A DNA stretch of 64,000 nt from Eledone cirrhosa. Taxonomy: Eukaryota. Every line of letters begins with the position of its first letter. The stretch's first letter is position 1. Below, one piece after another: positions 43,083 through 57,152 of this stretch. Made by a program: the position numbers and the translations under genes. Below the pieces are notes generated by a model. That model was not told where the DNA came from and ran no database searches. It saw only the letters and a list, made by a program, of their open reading frames with translations. The stretch lies in the NCBI GenBank assembly GCA_964016885.1, contig CAXHJY010000194.1:62001-126000 (forward strand). Direction: 5' to 3'.

Positions 43083-43740
43083 TTAGAAGGAACAAGGGGC
43101 TGTGTGATTACTTGATAAAGTGTATTTAGAAATAAAAGGAAAGCACAAACATATAAATAGTAAAATGCAGAAATATATTTAGTTTAATGCTGTATATAGT
43201 AGGAAAATAGTTTTTACGTTTCAGGCACTAGTCCTTCATCAAGTTCTTAGAAAATCAGATAAAATACCCCTAGGGATGTAAAAGGTAGCCAGTAGCTGCT
43301 ACGGAGAATTGAACTGTATTTCTGAAAATCCAACTCTAGCCATTGAGCTAAACAACCACTGACAACTGATGCCATCTGAATTAGTGGATATTATATCGTG
43401 CTGGTACCACAATATAATACACCCAGTACACTCTGTAAAATGTGGGAATGTATGGAAGCAAGAGATGTGAGATGTCAGCTGCTCCAGATTAAGTTTTGAG
43501 CTGGTCGGTGATGACCTGTTATCCAATCCTTGATAGCAGGGAACGTTAAATGATGACAACGCTGACAGTGATGATAATGATGAATATGGTTTTTCAATTT
43601 TTAACAGAACATTGAATTATATTTGTATGTGTATACATATGGATGTATATATATATGTGTGTATCTGCATATATATGTATATATATGTTTGTGTATATGA
43701 ATGTGTATGTATATATATGTATATGTATTTGTGTTGTATG

Positions 43741-43783
<43 letters not shown>

Positions 43784-43947
43784 TTGTAGGTGTATCTTGT
43801 GTATGAGTGCATGTATGTGCCTATATATGTGTATATATATGTATGTGTATGTTTATGTGTTTGTGTGTATACATTTATATACAACAGCACAAAACCTTAA
43901 TAATTCTGAAGAATTCTTAGGAAAATTGAAAAAATAATGAAAAAATA

Positions 43948-45611
43948 TCAAATATAAACATTTGATGAAGGTGTTGTGATATCTTAGAAAACCTCTGGTT
44001 TCCTTTCATTGTTGTTGTTGTTATGGTAAATATCTCAGAAAAGCTCTGGTTGTCTCTTGATTTTGTTGTTGTTATTGTTACTGCTGTTATTGTTGTTTTT
44101 TGTTGTTATTGTTACTGCTGTTATTGTTGTTTTTTGTTGTTATTGTTACTGCTGTTATTGTTGTTTTTTGTTGTTATTGTTACTGTTGTTTTTGTTGTTG
44201 CTACTGCTGTTATTGTTTGTTAAAAAAAATAATTACTTGTTAATACTATTATGCTTATTATTATTGTTATTATTATTATTATTATTTCTGATTTTTATTA
44301 TCATTATTACCATCATCATCACAATCCTCATCACCAGCACCACCACCAACACTATCACTACCATCAATACCATCACTACCACTACCGCTATTATCACCAT
44401 CAACCAATACCACCACCATCAATACCATCACCACCACCACCAATACCACCATCACTACCACCAATATCATCACCACCACCACCACCACCATCACCACCAC
44501 CACCAATACCATCACCACCACCACCAATACCACCATCACCACCATCACCATCACCACCACCACCAATACCACCAATACCACCACCACTACCACCATCACC
44601 ACCACCACCAATACCACCATCACCACCACCAATACCACCACCACTACCACCACCACCACCACCACCAATACCACCACCATACCACCATCACCACCACCAA
44701 TATCATCACCACCATCACCACCACCAATACCATCACCACCACCACCAATACCACCACCAATACCACCACCACCACCAATACCCCCCCCCCCACCACCAGC
44801 ACCAATACCACCACCAATACCACCACCACCACCACCAATATCATCACCACCATCACCACCACCAATACCACCATCACCACCACCAATACCACCACCACTA
44901 CCACCACCACCACCACCAATACCATCACCACCACCACCAATACCACCACCACCAATATCATCACCACCATCACCACCACCAATACCACCACCACTACCAC
45001 CACTATCACCAATACCACCACCACCACCACCACCACCACTACCACCACCACCACTACCACCACCATCACCAATATCACCACTACCACCACCACCACCACC
45101 ACCACCACCACCAATACCATCATCACGATCATTGTCGTTATTAATGCCATTATTGCTAACACATGCCATCCCATGCACAATTGTGCAGTGTACACCTGCC
45201 TCTGCATGAATGCTACAACACTACAATAACAGCTGCACTATTGTCCACACAGCAACAATAGCAACAACAACAACTGCACTCTCATCCACACAACATCAAC
45301 AAGAGCAACAATAAGAACAACAACTGTACTATTATCCACACAGCCACAATAGCAACATCAACATCGACACCACCACCACCACCATCCACATCGACACCAC
45401 CACCACCACCATCCACCTCCACCATATACCTGCTTACACACACACATTCATACATATATACATATATATACACACATGCACATACATATATAGACATATA
45501 CACATACTTTTATAAATACATACTCACACACATACACACACTCATACACATACACACACACACACACATACAGAAATGCACATGCATACACATACATACA
45601 AACATATACAT

Positions 45612-45646
<35 letters not shown>

Positions 45647-45660
45647 TACATACAGTTATG
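43948..45660. repeat. Compound simple repeats: (TTG)n, a long (ACC/ATC/AAT)n tract at 44300-45130, (CA)n
   Basis: Direct inspection. Confidence 0.9.
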
Positions 45661-45762
45661 GAAAGCAGATGTAAGTGAAGACTATTAGTTTCTGTATTGC
45701 CTCGTTGTTAAGGTGCTGGATTCACAATTGTGAGGTGATGAGTTTCATTCCTGCCCTTTATA

Positions 45763-46310
45763 ATCTGAGTTCAAATCCCGGCGAGGTTAACTTTCCCTTT
45801 CATCCTTCCAGGGTCGATAAAATAAAGTACCAGTAATACACTGGAGTAATTGCTGGCCTTGTGCCAAAAGTAGAAACAATTATTATTGTCTGAGTGTCAG
45901 TAGAGCGTCAGACATTATGCTTTGCAGCATAGAGTTATGGCCCTTTACGATCTGAGTTCAAATCCCTCTGAGTTTAACTTTCCCTTTCATCCTTCCAGGG
46001 TCGATAAAATAAAGTACCAGTAATGCACTAGGGTAATTGCTGACCTTGTGCCAAAAGTAGAAACAATTATTATTGTCTGAGTTATAGGGAGGTGGATTGG
46101 CAGTATCGGTAGAGCATCAGACACCATGCTTTGCAGCATAAAGTTCCGGCCCTTTATGATCTGAGTTCAAATCCCGCTAAGGTTAACTTTGCTTTTCATC
46201 CTTATGGGGTCGATAAAATAAAGTACCAGTAATGCACTCAGGTCGATTTAATCAACTTTCTGCTCCCTCAAAATTACTGGCCTTGTACCTAAATCAGAAA
46301 CAATTATTAC
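45763..46310 (+). mobile_element. Three tandem copies of the second SINE family
   Basis: Three TCTGAGTTCAAATCCC...GGGTCGATAAAATAAAGTACCAGTAAT units, the first two ending AGAAACAATTATTATTGTCTGAG. Confidence 0.88.
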
Positions 46311-46563
46311 TATTATTGTCACCATCTTCATCACCACCACCTCCAACACCAACAACACTATTATCACCACCATCAACACCCACTGTCATCACCACTATCA
46401 ATACCATCATCTACACCTATTATATTTTCCATATACTGTCATATATTAATCTGTCATTGACAACAGCTACACATAATATTTACCATATGCACTGTTTCAT
46501 CACAAATACTTTCCTGCTTCAATCTCTCTTGACAACATCTACACCTATGATATTTTCCATATA

Positions 46564-46744
46564 TGGGGGCCGGCTGAAAAATTCATAATCTGACCAAGAT
46601 ACTTTCATGGAATGACAAAATGAGGTTTATTTTTCAACATAGTCTCTGGAAACATAAGAAGAGTTGAAATTAATGCATGCAAGATTTCACAGCTCTAGCA
46701 TCACTCCTTCATAGTCAGCCTATGAACCTTTCAGCCCACCCTCA
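46564..46744. mobile_element. mariner-like MITE (181 bp)
   Basis: Imperfect TIRs of about 30 bp (TGGGGGCCGGCTGAAAAATTCATAATCTGAC versus reverse complement TGAGGGTGGGCTGAAAGGTTCATAGGCTGAC), TA flanks. Confidence 0.75.
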
Positions 46745-46794
46745 TATATTGTTTTGTCACAAACAGTCATACATCATTTTACTGTTTTGTAATG

Positions 46795-47386
46795 TCACCT
46801 TTAGTTGACCTGACAGTTTATTTGATATAAGTCATGACACAGTTGATTTAACCTAAGTGACCCTGACATAATTGATCTGACCTATGTGACCTAAGTCACC
46901 TAACACAGTTGACTTGACACAGTCAACCTGGCCTAAGTGACATGAGATAGTTGACCTGATAGAAATGACCTGACACAGTCAACCTGGCCTAAGTGACATG
47001 ACATAGTTGACCTGATAGAAATGACCTGACACAGTCAACCTGGCCTAAGTGACATGAGTTAGTTGGCCTGACACAGTCAACCTGGCCTAAGTGACATGGC
47101 ATAGTTGACCTGATAGAGATGACCTGACATAGTCAACCTGGCCTAAGTGACATGACATAGTTGACCTGATAGAAATGACCTGGCACAGTCAATCTGACCT
47201 AAGTGACATGACATAGTTGACCTGATAGAAATGACCTGACAGTCAATCTGACCTAAGTGACATGACATAGTTGACCTGATAGAAATGACCTGACACAGTC
47301 AATCTGACCTGAGTGACATGACACATTTGACCTGATCTACTGACACAGCCAACCTGACCTAAGTGATGTGACACAGTTGACCTGAG
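46795..47386. repeat. 56-bp minisatellite made of four diverged 14-bp TGACCTGA-type subunits
   Basis: Period 56 (46917 to 46973); monomeric 14-mers at the edges. Confidence 0.9.
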
Positions 47387-48227
47387 CTATGTGGGTTGAT
47401 AGAGGTGGCCAGTCATATGATCTATCTGAAGTTTTCTTAGTTGAGAGTTGTAACCAGACAGGATGGTCATGGCTGAAAGACTTTGATCAAATGTTTGCAC
47501 AAGTAGAGCCAACAAGAGAATCACTGTGGTCTCTCGACCTGCTAAAAGTAGCAGCCAAACCCACTATGTTGACAAATTTTATGTTTCCACAGCACAACTC
47601 TAAATTAACACATATTCTCAACACAGAACTATGGCAGCTTTTGGTCATGTGTGTAGCCATCTTTGATGGTAATTGTTTGAATTTAATGAAGAAATATTGA
47701 AATGAAAGTTAACTTTTGTGCAATCTTTTTGCTGGTTCACTACAGAACATCGGAATATCGGAATATCGGACAACATGAAGGAAACTTTGGCAAATTTTGA
47801 TGAACAGTGTTTACTGATCAATATATTTATATCGCAGTATACGCATACATCCATACATATACAGTAATACACAGTCACATACACACACACACATACATAA
47901 ATATGTACACTCATATATATATATATATATATATTTATATACACACATAGAAATAAATATACATATACACACATATAGACACACATATTTAGGGACAAAT
48001 ATACATACACACACAGATGCATATAATCATACACAAACACACACGCACAGCCATGCAAGGACACTCTAAGTTCTTTCATCTCCCTCAATATCCTTCTTTA
48101 ATTAATACTCCCCCTCCCCCCTTAGATTGGCCTTTGTTTTCCAATCCTGGTTGTTCTTTATTCTCACATCACAGTTCTCATCCACCCCACATATCACCAC
48201 TCTCACATCCACTACTCCAGCATCTTC

Positions 48228-49162
48228 ATCATCATTATTACCACCACATCACCACCACCAACATTATCACCACAACCATCACCAATAACAACAGCAACAC
48301 CATCACCAACAACTACATCACTACCACTACTACCACCACCATCACCACCACCAGCACCATCACCACCACCACCACTACAACCTTGACCATTAGTTCAGCC
48401 GACAATTTTCAAGAGGATTTCACAGGGTCTTTAATTTGGAGATGTAACAGACTTCTAACGGCAACACACACAACACCACCACCGCCAACAACAACATCAA
48501 CACCACCACCACCACCACCAACAACAACAACACCACCAACAACAATAACCACACCACCACCAACAACATCACCACCAACAACACCACCACCACCAGCAAC
48601 AACAACACCACCAACAACAACAAAAACACCAACAACAACCCCACCACAACCAGCACCACCAACACCATAGCCACCACCACAACTAACAACAACCACCAAA
48701 ACCACAGCCGCCACCACTAAACCACCACAACATCACCCGGACACCACCACTAACGCCACCACAACACCACCAACACCACAGTCACCACTACCACTAACAC
48801 CACCATCACTACAACTGCCACCACACAACACCACCCTAATACCACCACCAACACCACAGCCACTACCACCACTACAACTGCCACCACCACAACACCATAA
48901 CACCACCCTAATACCACCATCATCACCACAACTGCCACCACCACTAACACCACCACAACACCACCCTAATACCACTACCACCACGACAACTGCCACCACC
49001 ACAACACCACCCTAATACCACCACCACCACTACAACTACCACCACCACAACACCACCCTAATACCACCACCATCACTACAACTGCCACTATCACCACAAT
49101 TGCCACCACCACTAACACCACCACAACACCACCCTAATACCACCACCACTAACAACAAACAC
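48228..49162. repeat. (ACC/AAC)n low-complexity tract with degenerate higher-order units
   Basis: Direct inspection. Confidence 0.9.
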
Positions 49163-49327
49163 AATAGTGACACAATAGAAAGATGAAAGCAATTTACTGT
49201 TAATTATTAGTAATGAGCTTCATGTTAATTTTTGTCATCAAATCAATAGTTTATAACTAATTTTAGGAGAAAGCAAGATGCTGGCATTATTATTATTGTC
49301 GTAAATTATGATGGCAATAGCATTGAA

Positions 49328-50215
49328 CATCATCATCATCATCATTTTATGTCCGTTCTTCTACGCTAGCATGGGTTAGACGGGTTGTCCTGTGGTGGGC
49401 AGTGTCCAGTCGGCTGACCTTGTCTTGCTCATACAGGAACTGATTCTGACTTGATTTCTACAGCTGGATGCCCTTCCTAACACCAACCTCATTTACAGTA
49501 TGGGCTGGGTGCTTTTTTCCATGGCGCCTACATGTCCACTTTACAGTATGGGCTGGGTGCTTTTTTCCATGGCGCCTACATGTCCACTTTACAGTATGGG
49601 CTGGGTGCTTTTTTCCATGGCGCCTACATGTCCACTTTACAGTATGGGCTGGGTGCTTTTTTCCATGGCGCCTACATGTCCACTTTACAGTGTGGGCTGG
49701 GTGCTTTTTTCCATGGCGCCTACATGTCCACTTTACAGTATGGGCTGGGTGCTTTTTTCCATGGCGCCTACATGTCCACTTTACAGTATGGGCTGGGTGC
49801 TTTTTTCCATGGCGCCTACATGTCCACTTTACAGTATGGGCTGGGTGCTTTTTTCCATGGCGCCTACATGTCCACTTTACAGTGTGGGCTGGGTGCTTTT
49901 TTCCATGGCGCCTACATGTCCACTTTACAGTATGGGCTGGGTGCTTTTTTCCATGGCGCCTACATGTCCACTTTACAGTATGGGCTGGGTGCTTTTTTTC
50001 CATGGCGCCTACATGTCCACTTTACAGTGTGGGCTGGGTGCTTTTTTGCCATGACACCTCCATGACCACTTTGCAGTGGAAGGGGATGGGGTATATTGTC
50101 TATATGCATCAGCTTCGGCTTGTACCCGTAGGAAGTCGGGTCTTCTGTATTACTGCGTGACGGTCCTGTGTCATCACCTTTGACAGGTGCAGTTGGGTAA
50201 GGTCAGCTTTTATGA
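49328..50215 (-). mobile_element. RTE LINE 3' end whose UTR contains an expanded 48-bp tandem array
   Basis: ORF-terminal residues IKADLTQLHLSKVMTQDR at about 50160-50213; colinear with 24638-25112; (CAT)n tail at 49328. Confidence 0.88.
49492..50077. repeat. 48-bp minisatellite, about 12 near-identical copies
   Basis: TTTACAGTATGGGCTGGGTGCTTTTTTCCATGGCGCCTACATGTCCAC starting at 49492, 49540, 49588 and so on. Confidence 0.97.
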
Positions 50216-50911
50216 ACGTATTTAAATATTATTATGGTGGTGGATTAGCAGAATCGGGCGAGCGTCAGCATAGGAGATATGGCCCTTTATATTCTGAATT
50301 CAAATCCCGCCGAGGTTAGCTTTGCCTTTCATCCTTACAGGGTCGATAAAATAAAGCACCAGTAATGCACTGGGGTCGATTTAATCAACTTTCTCCTCCC
50401 CCGTCAAATTGCTGACCTTCTGCCCAAAATAAGAAATAGTTATTATTATCATCATCATTATTGTTATTACTAGAGGACCTGTGCTGTAAATATGATGGCA
50501 ATAAGCATTGAACATATTTAAATGTACTCCAGGATCAGTATGCCATATATATATCAGGATTACTGGATATATGAACAATCTTATAAACTGGGGCATTTAT
50601 GTTTTGATAAATGAATGGTTTACATAAAAGAAACCTGTGGAGGCACATGGCCTAGTGGTAAGGGTGTTGGGCATACGATCATAATGCTGTGGGTTCGATT
50701 CTTGGACTACGTTGTGTGTGGTGTTTTTGAGAAAAACACTTCATTTCACGTTGGTCTAGTATACTCAGCTGAAAATGAGTACCAGCAATCGCTGGTGTTT
50801 AACCCTGCGATGGACTGGCAGGGGAGAGTCTTGTACTCTCAGTCTCTTAATGCCATGGAAACTGAGATAAACACTGACCTGCTGAGCCTCTGGCCTTGAG
50901 ACAGACTTTAA

Positions 50912-51118
50912 CCCTTTAGCATTTAAACCGGCTATATCTGGCTAGAAGTTTCTCACCTCTTTCTGTTCAAATCAGCTGTAACCAACTGCTCATACTGACA
51001 TTAAGGTATTGTTCTCAAAATAAATAATATCAAAATCTTGAGATTCGATGTTATGTGTGATAAAGCCTTTAGCGTGAAAATACAATAGTAAATATAGAGA
51101 AATGTAAATGCTAAAGGG
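50912..51118. mobile_element. piggyBac-like MITE (207 bp)
   Basis: TTAA-CCCTTTAGCATTTA ... TAAATGCTAAAGGG-TTAA: perfect 14-bp TIR and TTAA duplication. Confidence 0.85.
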
Positions 51119-51414
51119 TTAAATAATAGAAACTTAATAGTTTATGTTAATTCCTGACATGTGGATATGATTAAAGATATTGATATTTTGAATAATTTAT
51201 TTCTAGGATATAATTACATAAATATCCTGCTTATATGTACAAATGATACACAGGATTAAATGTATGAGTAAGTTTGGAAAATTAACTATTTACAGCAATA
51301 AATGTAAGGTTAGAACCCAGGACTGGAATGTGAACTTCTTATTGTAACAACATGATTGCATTAGGAAATGTATTGTATGCATATGTGTGTATGTTTGTTA
51401 AAGAATTACTGACA

Positions 51415-52030
51415 GAGAGGTTTAGCTGGCCTCCATCGAACTTACATCTCATAGTAGGTTTCTTGGCTGTTTTAATGATGGGGCCTTATTCATATCATGT
51501 GGTTACAGCTGACCCCAATGTAGATTTAGCTGGCCTCTTACAAGCTAATATTTCATAGGAGGCTTCTTGGATGTTTTAATGTCAGGTCCTCCCAGTTTTA
51601 TCATGATGTTATTACAGGTCCCACCTATGTCAGTTTAGCTGGCCTCCTTTGAGGTTGCATCTCATAAAGTCTCTTCTTGTGTATTTTGATGGCAGGGGCT
51701 CCTGTCATATCAAGTTATTGTTACAACTCAAACCTGTGCAGGTTTAATTGGCCTCCTACAAGGTTGTGTCTCATAGGAAGTTTCTTGGGTGTTTTAATGA
51801 CAGGGGCCCCAGTCCTATCCTTGTTGTTACAACTCACACCTAAGTAGGTTTAGCTGGTCCTCTACAAGATTATCTCATAGGTAGTTTCTTGAGTGTTTTA
51901 ATGATAGAGCTCCTGTCCTATTCTTGTTGTTACAACTCATACTTATGTAGGTTTGGCTGGTCCTCTACAAGGTTATCTCATAAGGACTCTTTGTGATTAT
52001 TTTAATGATAGGGCTCCTGTTCTATCATGT
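51415..52030. repeat. Degenerate tandem repeat of about 105 bp, about 6 copies
   Basis: AGGTTTAGCTGG..CT...TCTCATAG...TTCTTG..TGTTTTAATG recurs near 51418, 51522, 51633, 51740, 51846 and 51949. Confidence 0.8.
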
Positions 52031-53084
52031 AAAGCAATGTGAAATGAAGCATTGCTCAGTCCAAGAACCTAACCTATGACCTTATGATTGTGAGTCCAAC
52101 TCCCTAACTACTAAGCCACATGACACCAAGAGGTGTGTGGTTGCTAGGATTTGGTTTATTTGACACACCCATGTCAGTGATTAAGGACATAGACCAAACA
52201 CGGTGCACAGGAATAAATAGATTATTTATTTATATTCATACACAAGCAATAATAAAATGCACCCAGTATGCTCTGTAAGTAGTTGGGGTTAGGAAGGGCA
52301 TCCAGTTGTAGAAACCCCATTCCAAACAAATGGTTAAGAGTATTCTTCTGTTGTGTCAAGGACATGACAATTTCTCAGTGCCTGTACCATGATAGAATGC
52401 ATACAGTACACACTAGTGTAGTTAGGGTTAGGAAGGGCATCCAAATGTAAAAAAAAACATCTCAGAACTGAACACGTAAGACATACCCCACCCCAACCCA
52501 ACTAGGAGGACAGTAGCTCTTAAGTATTAACTTGGTCTGTGATGATGTGTCCAACACATGCCAGCATGGAGAAAAAAACTGACATTAAATGATGATAGTA
52601 GTGGTGGCGGCAGCATGCTCTCACACAAGTTGAGAGGTGTAGATATGCAGGAGGGTGTAGATATGCAGGAGGGTGTGGTAGAGAATGAACTTAGAGAGGG
52701 AGAGAGGTAAAGACAGTTTAGATTGAGAGAGAGAGGTTAAGACAGTGAAGATTGGGTGAGAGAGGTAAAGGTAGTGTAGATTGGGGGAGAAAGAGGTTAA
52801 AACAGTGTAGATTGGGTGAGAGAAGTTAAGACAGTGTAGATTGAGAGAGAGGGAAAGATGACAGTGTAGATTGGGTGAGAGGGAGAGAAAGAGATGGAGA
52901 GAGAGTGAGAGTGTGTGTGAGAGAAAAAGAGGGAGAGATTGAGTATCTATTTTTAGTTTATTTATTCAGTCAGTATTGATCTTGTCATGGTTCTTGTAAC
53001 TAATCAATGTATTGTATTGATGATGGTAGTGGTGGTGGTAGTGGTGGAGCTTTGTTGTTGTTGGGTGCAGGTGTGGTGGTGGTG

Positions 53085-55125
53085 GTGGTGGTGGTAATGA
53101 CAGGAGTGTTGTTGGTGTAGTGGTGGTGGTAGTGACAGGAGTGGTGTTGGTGTAGTGGTGGTGGTAGTGACAGGAGTGGTGTTGGTGTAGTGGTGGTGGT
53201 AGTGACAGGAGTGGTGTTGGTGTAGTGGTGGTGGTAGTGACAGGAGTGGTGTTGGTGTAGTGGTGGTGGTAGTGACAGGAGTGGTGTTGGTGTAGTGGTG
53301 GTGGTAGTGACAGGAGTGGTGTTGGTGTAGTGGTGTTGGTGTTGGTGTAGTGGTGGTGGTAGTGACAGGAGTGGTGTTGGTGTAGTGGTGTTGGTGTAGT
53401 GGTGGTGGTAGTGACAGGAGTGGTGTTGGTGTAGTGGTGGTAGTGACAGGAGTGTTGTTGGTGTAGTGGTGGTAGTGGCAGGAGTGGTGTTGGTGTTGGT
53501 GTAGTGGTGGTGGTAGTGACAGGAGTGGTGTTGGTGTAGTGGTGGTGGTAGTGACAGGAGTGGTGTTGGTGTAGTGGTGGTGGTAGTGACAGGAGTGGTG
53601 TTGGTGTAGTGGTGGTAGTGACAGGAGTGGTGTTGGTGTAGTGGTGGTGGTAGTGACAGGAGTGGTGTTGGTGTAGTGGTGGTGGTAGTGACAGGAGTGG
53701 TGTTGGTGTAGTGGTGGTAGTGGCAGGAGTGGTGTTGGTGTTGGTGTAGTGGTGGTGGTAGTGACAGGAGTGGTGTTGGTGTAGTGGTGGTAGTGGCAGG
53801 AGTGGTGTTGGTGTTGGTGTAGTGGTGGTGGTAGTGACAGGAGTGGTGTTGGTGTAGTGGTGGTGGTAGTGACAGGAGTGGTGTTGGTGTAGTGGTGGTA
53901 GTGGCAGGAGTGGTGTTGGTGTAGTGGTGGTGGTAGTGACAGGAGTGGTGTTGGTGTAGTGGTGGTGGTAGTGACAGGAGTGGTGTTGGTGTAGTGGTGG
54001 TGGTAGTGACAGGAGTGGTGTTGGTGTAGTGGTGGTAGTGGCAGGAGTGGTGTTGGTGTTGGTGTAGTGGTGGTGGTAGTGACAGGAGTGGTGTTGGTGT
54101 AGTGGTGGTGGTAGTGGCAGGAGTGGTGGTGGTGGTAGTGACAGGAGTGGTGTTGGTGTAGTGGTGGTGGTAGTGACAGGAGTGGTGTTGGTGTAGTGGT
54201 GGTGGTAGTGACAGGAGTGGTGTTGGTGTAGTGGTGGTAGTGGCAGGAGTGGTGTTGGTGTTGGTGTAGTGGTGGTGGTAGTGACAGGAGTGGTGTTGGT
54301 GTAGTGGTGGTGGTAGTGACAGGAGTGGTGTTGGTGTAGTGGTGGTGGTAGTGGCAGGAGTGGTGTTGGTGTAGTGGTGGTGGTAGTGACAGGAGTGGTG
54401 TTGGTGTAGTGGTGGTAGTGGCAGGAGTGGTGTTGGTGTTGGTGTAGTGGTGGTGGTAGTGACAGGAGTGGTGTTGGTGTAGTGGTGGTGGTAGTGACAG
54501 GAGTGGTGTTGGTGTAGTGGTGGTGGTAGTGGCAGGAGTGGTGTTGGTGTAGTGGTGGTGGTAGTGACAGGAGTGGTGTTGGTGTAGTGGTGGTGGTAGT
54601 GGCAGGAGTGGTGTTGGTGTAGTGGTGGTGGTAGTGACAGGAGTGGTGTTGGTGTAGTGGTGGTGGTAGTGACAGGAGTGGTGTTGGTGTAGTGGTGGTA
54701 GTGGCAGGAGTGGTGTTGGTGGTGGTAGTGACAGGAGTGGTGTTGGTGTAGTGGTGGTAGTGGCAGGAGTGGTGTTGGTGGTGGTAGTGACAGGAGTGGT
54801 GTTGGTGTAGTGGTGGTAGTGGCAGGAGTGGTGTTGGTGGTGGTAGTGACAGGAGTGGTGTTGGTGTAGTGGTGGTGGTAGTGACAGGAGTGGTGTTGGT
54901 GTAGTGGTGGTGGTAGTGACAGGAGTGGTGTTGGTGTAGTGGTGGTGGTAGTGACAGGAGTGGTGTTGGTGTAGTGGTGGTGGTAGTGACAGGAGTGTTG
55001 TTGGTGTAGTGGTGGTGGTAGTGACAGGAGTGGTGTTGGTGTAGTGGTGGTGGTAGTGACAGGAGTGGTGTTGGTGTAGTGGTGGTGGTAGTGACAGGAG
55101 TGGTGTTGGTGTAGTGGTGGTGGTG
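53085..55125. repeat. 35-bp G/T-rich minisatellite (GTGACAGGAGTGGTGTTGGTGTAGTGGTGGTGGTA)n with length variants, about 2 kb
   Basis: Period 35 (53132 to 53167). Confidence 0.97.
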
Positions 55126-55510
55126 TTGGTGATGGTAGTGGTGATGCTGTTGATAATGGTGATGATTATGTTGCTATTGGTGATGAAGATGGTGTGGTGA
55201 TGGTGATGATGTTAATGATGTTAATGTTAATGATGATGTTGGTGATGGGGATGGTGTTGGTGATGATGGGGATGGTGTTGGTGATGATGATGGTGGTGTT
55301 GGTGTTGGTGATGTTGGTGTTGATGATGGGGATGGTGTTGGTGTTGATGATGATGATGGTGGTGTTGGTGTTGATGATGGGGATGGTGTTGGTGATGATG
55401 ATGATGATGGTGGTGTTGGTGTTGATGATGGGGTTGGTGTTGGTGATGATGATGGGGATGGTGTTGGTGATGATGATGGGGATGGTGTTGGTGATGATGA
55501 TGATGGCTAT
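55126..55510. repeat. (GAT/GGT/GTT)n trinucleotide tract
   Basis: Direct inspection. Confidence 0.9.
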
Positions 55511-57152
55511 GTCAGTGGAGATCATCAATGCCACATTTCTGTTATATTTCTCAATTTAACAAAATATCTTTTTTATAGTAAAACTGGATTTAGTTGAGAA
55601 ATTCAACCTGAGTATTGCATGGAATGGGGTGGAGTGTGGCATTGAGTGCAGGTGGAGTGGAGTGGAATATGACATGGAGTGGAGTGGGGAAGTGGAATAT
55701 GATGTGCGGTGGAGATGGGTATGGAGTGGAATGGGGTATGGAATGTGACATAAAGTGGAGTGGGGCTTGAAACAGAGTGGAGTGAGGTAGAGTGGGTTGG
55801 TATATGCTACATGTGGATTAGAGCAGTGAGTGTATGAGGGGGTGGTATGCTACATGTTGAGTGTAAAACCACATGGCTTAGTAGTTGGGGTGTTCTGCTC
55901 AGAATCATAACATCATGAGTTCAATTTCTGGCACAGAGTTGTGTTGTTGAGCAAGACACTTTACTCCATGCTGCTCCAGTCTACTTAACTGAGGAATATG
56001 AGTTGTACATGTAATTACCCTTAGAACTAAATGAAAGGTGCACGTGTCTGTGGAATGCTCAGTCACTTGTACTTTAATTTCACAAGCAGGCTATTACATT
56101 AGTCAAACAAATGGTAAACTAATCAACACACACACAAACACACAGACAGACAAACACACTTACAAATACACACAGTCACACTCACTTGCAGATACACACA
56201 CACACACAGATACACACGCACACAGATACATACACATGCACACACAGATACATACATAGACACACACTCACACAAACATTCAACATGTGGAGTGGAGGTT
56301 CAGTTCAGTTATAGCTCAGAGGTGTGTGATTCATCATCATCATCATTATATATATATATATGGTGGGTGGGTTATAGGGATTGTGGTATTAGTTGTTGAT
56401 GTGTGTGGTGGTGGTGGTGGTGGTGGTGTGGTGGTGGTGGCGGTGGTGGTGGTGGTGATCTCAGGTGGCAGTGAATTGTTGTCAGAAAGAATCAGGTTGA
56501 TTGGCAGACTTACAAGAATCTGACATTTGGAATTGTCTTCAGCCAGTCACAGAGAGAGGAACTACTACCACTACCACTACCACTACCATCACCACCACCA
56601 CCACTACCACCACCTCCACCACCACCACCACCACCACTACCACCACCACTACAACCGCCACTACTACTACTATTACCACCACCATTACTACTACTACAAC
56701 CACCACCACTTCCACTACTATTACTACAATGACCACTACCACTACTACCACTACTACTATTACTGCCATCACCACCACCAGCGCCACGTGTTCAATGCAT
56801 TGTCAGAGCCAAGACTCTGGATGTGGAGTGGAGTAGGGCTTGGAGTAGAGTGTGTATCGTCTTTCAGTAGCAGTTTGCTTGACAGTTCCGTACAAGCGAC
56901 AGGTCATCAGAAATGGTAATGGACTTGGGAACCTCCCTCAACGAGCTGTGGTGACTATCAACAGAGTCAAGATATAGGATGAGTGAGAAGCTGCATGACA
57001 TATAAGTTGCCCTGCTTTGGGTGGTCTACTCTACAAATTTTACGAGTTTATGCCTGACTTTTGCACTGGGGACTACTATGGATAATTTTCAGAAGTCTCT
57101 GGCCTGGCAACACTACCAGTTTGAGTTAAACTCTTAGGCATAGTGCTGCCAT

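Noticed and set aside
44057-45229. Poly-His/Thr/Pro/Gly ORFs resembling extensin or mucin (also 48017-48670, 55166-55559, 56501-56919, 33207-33580)
   Set aside because: Trinucleotide low-complexity tracts open in several frames on both strands, without convincing splice signals.
47746-47870. Possible phase-1 exon after ttcactacag (EHRNIGISDNMKETLANFDEQ...)
   Set aside because: No convincing donor; the frame runs into a stop within simple repeats. An alternative terminal exon is not excluded.
49458-50160. Repetitive 16-aa-unit ORFs
   Set aside because: A by-product of the 48-bp repeat in a LINE UTR; open in four frames.
55579-55611. Possible 33-nt phase 1-1 microexon (VKLDLVEKFNL)
   Set aside because: The acceptor is plausible but the donor TGA|gtattg is weak; unsupported without RNA data.
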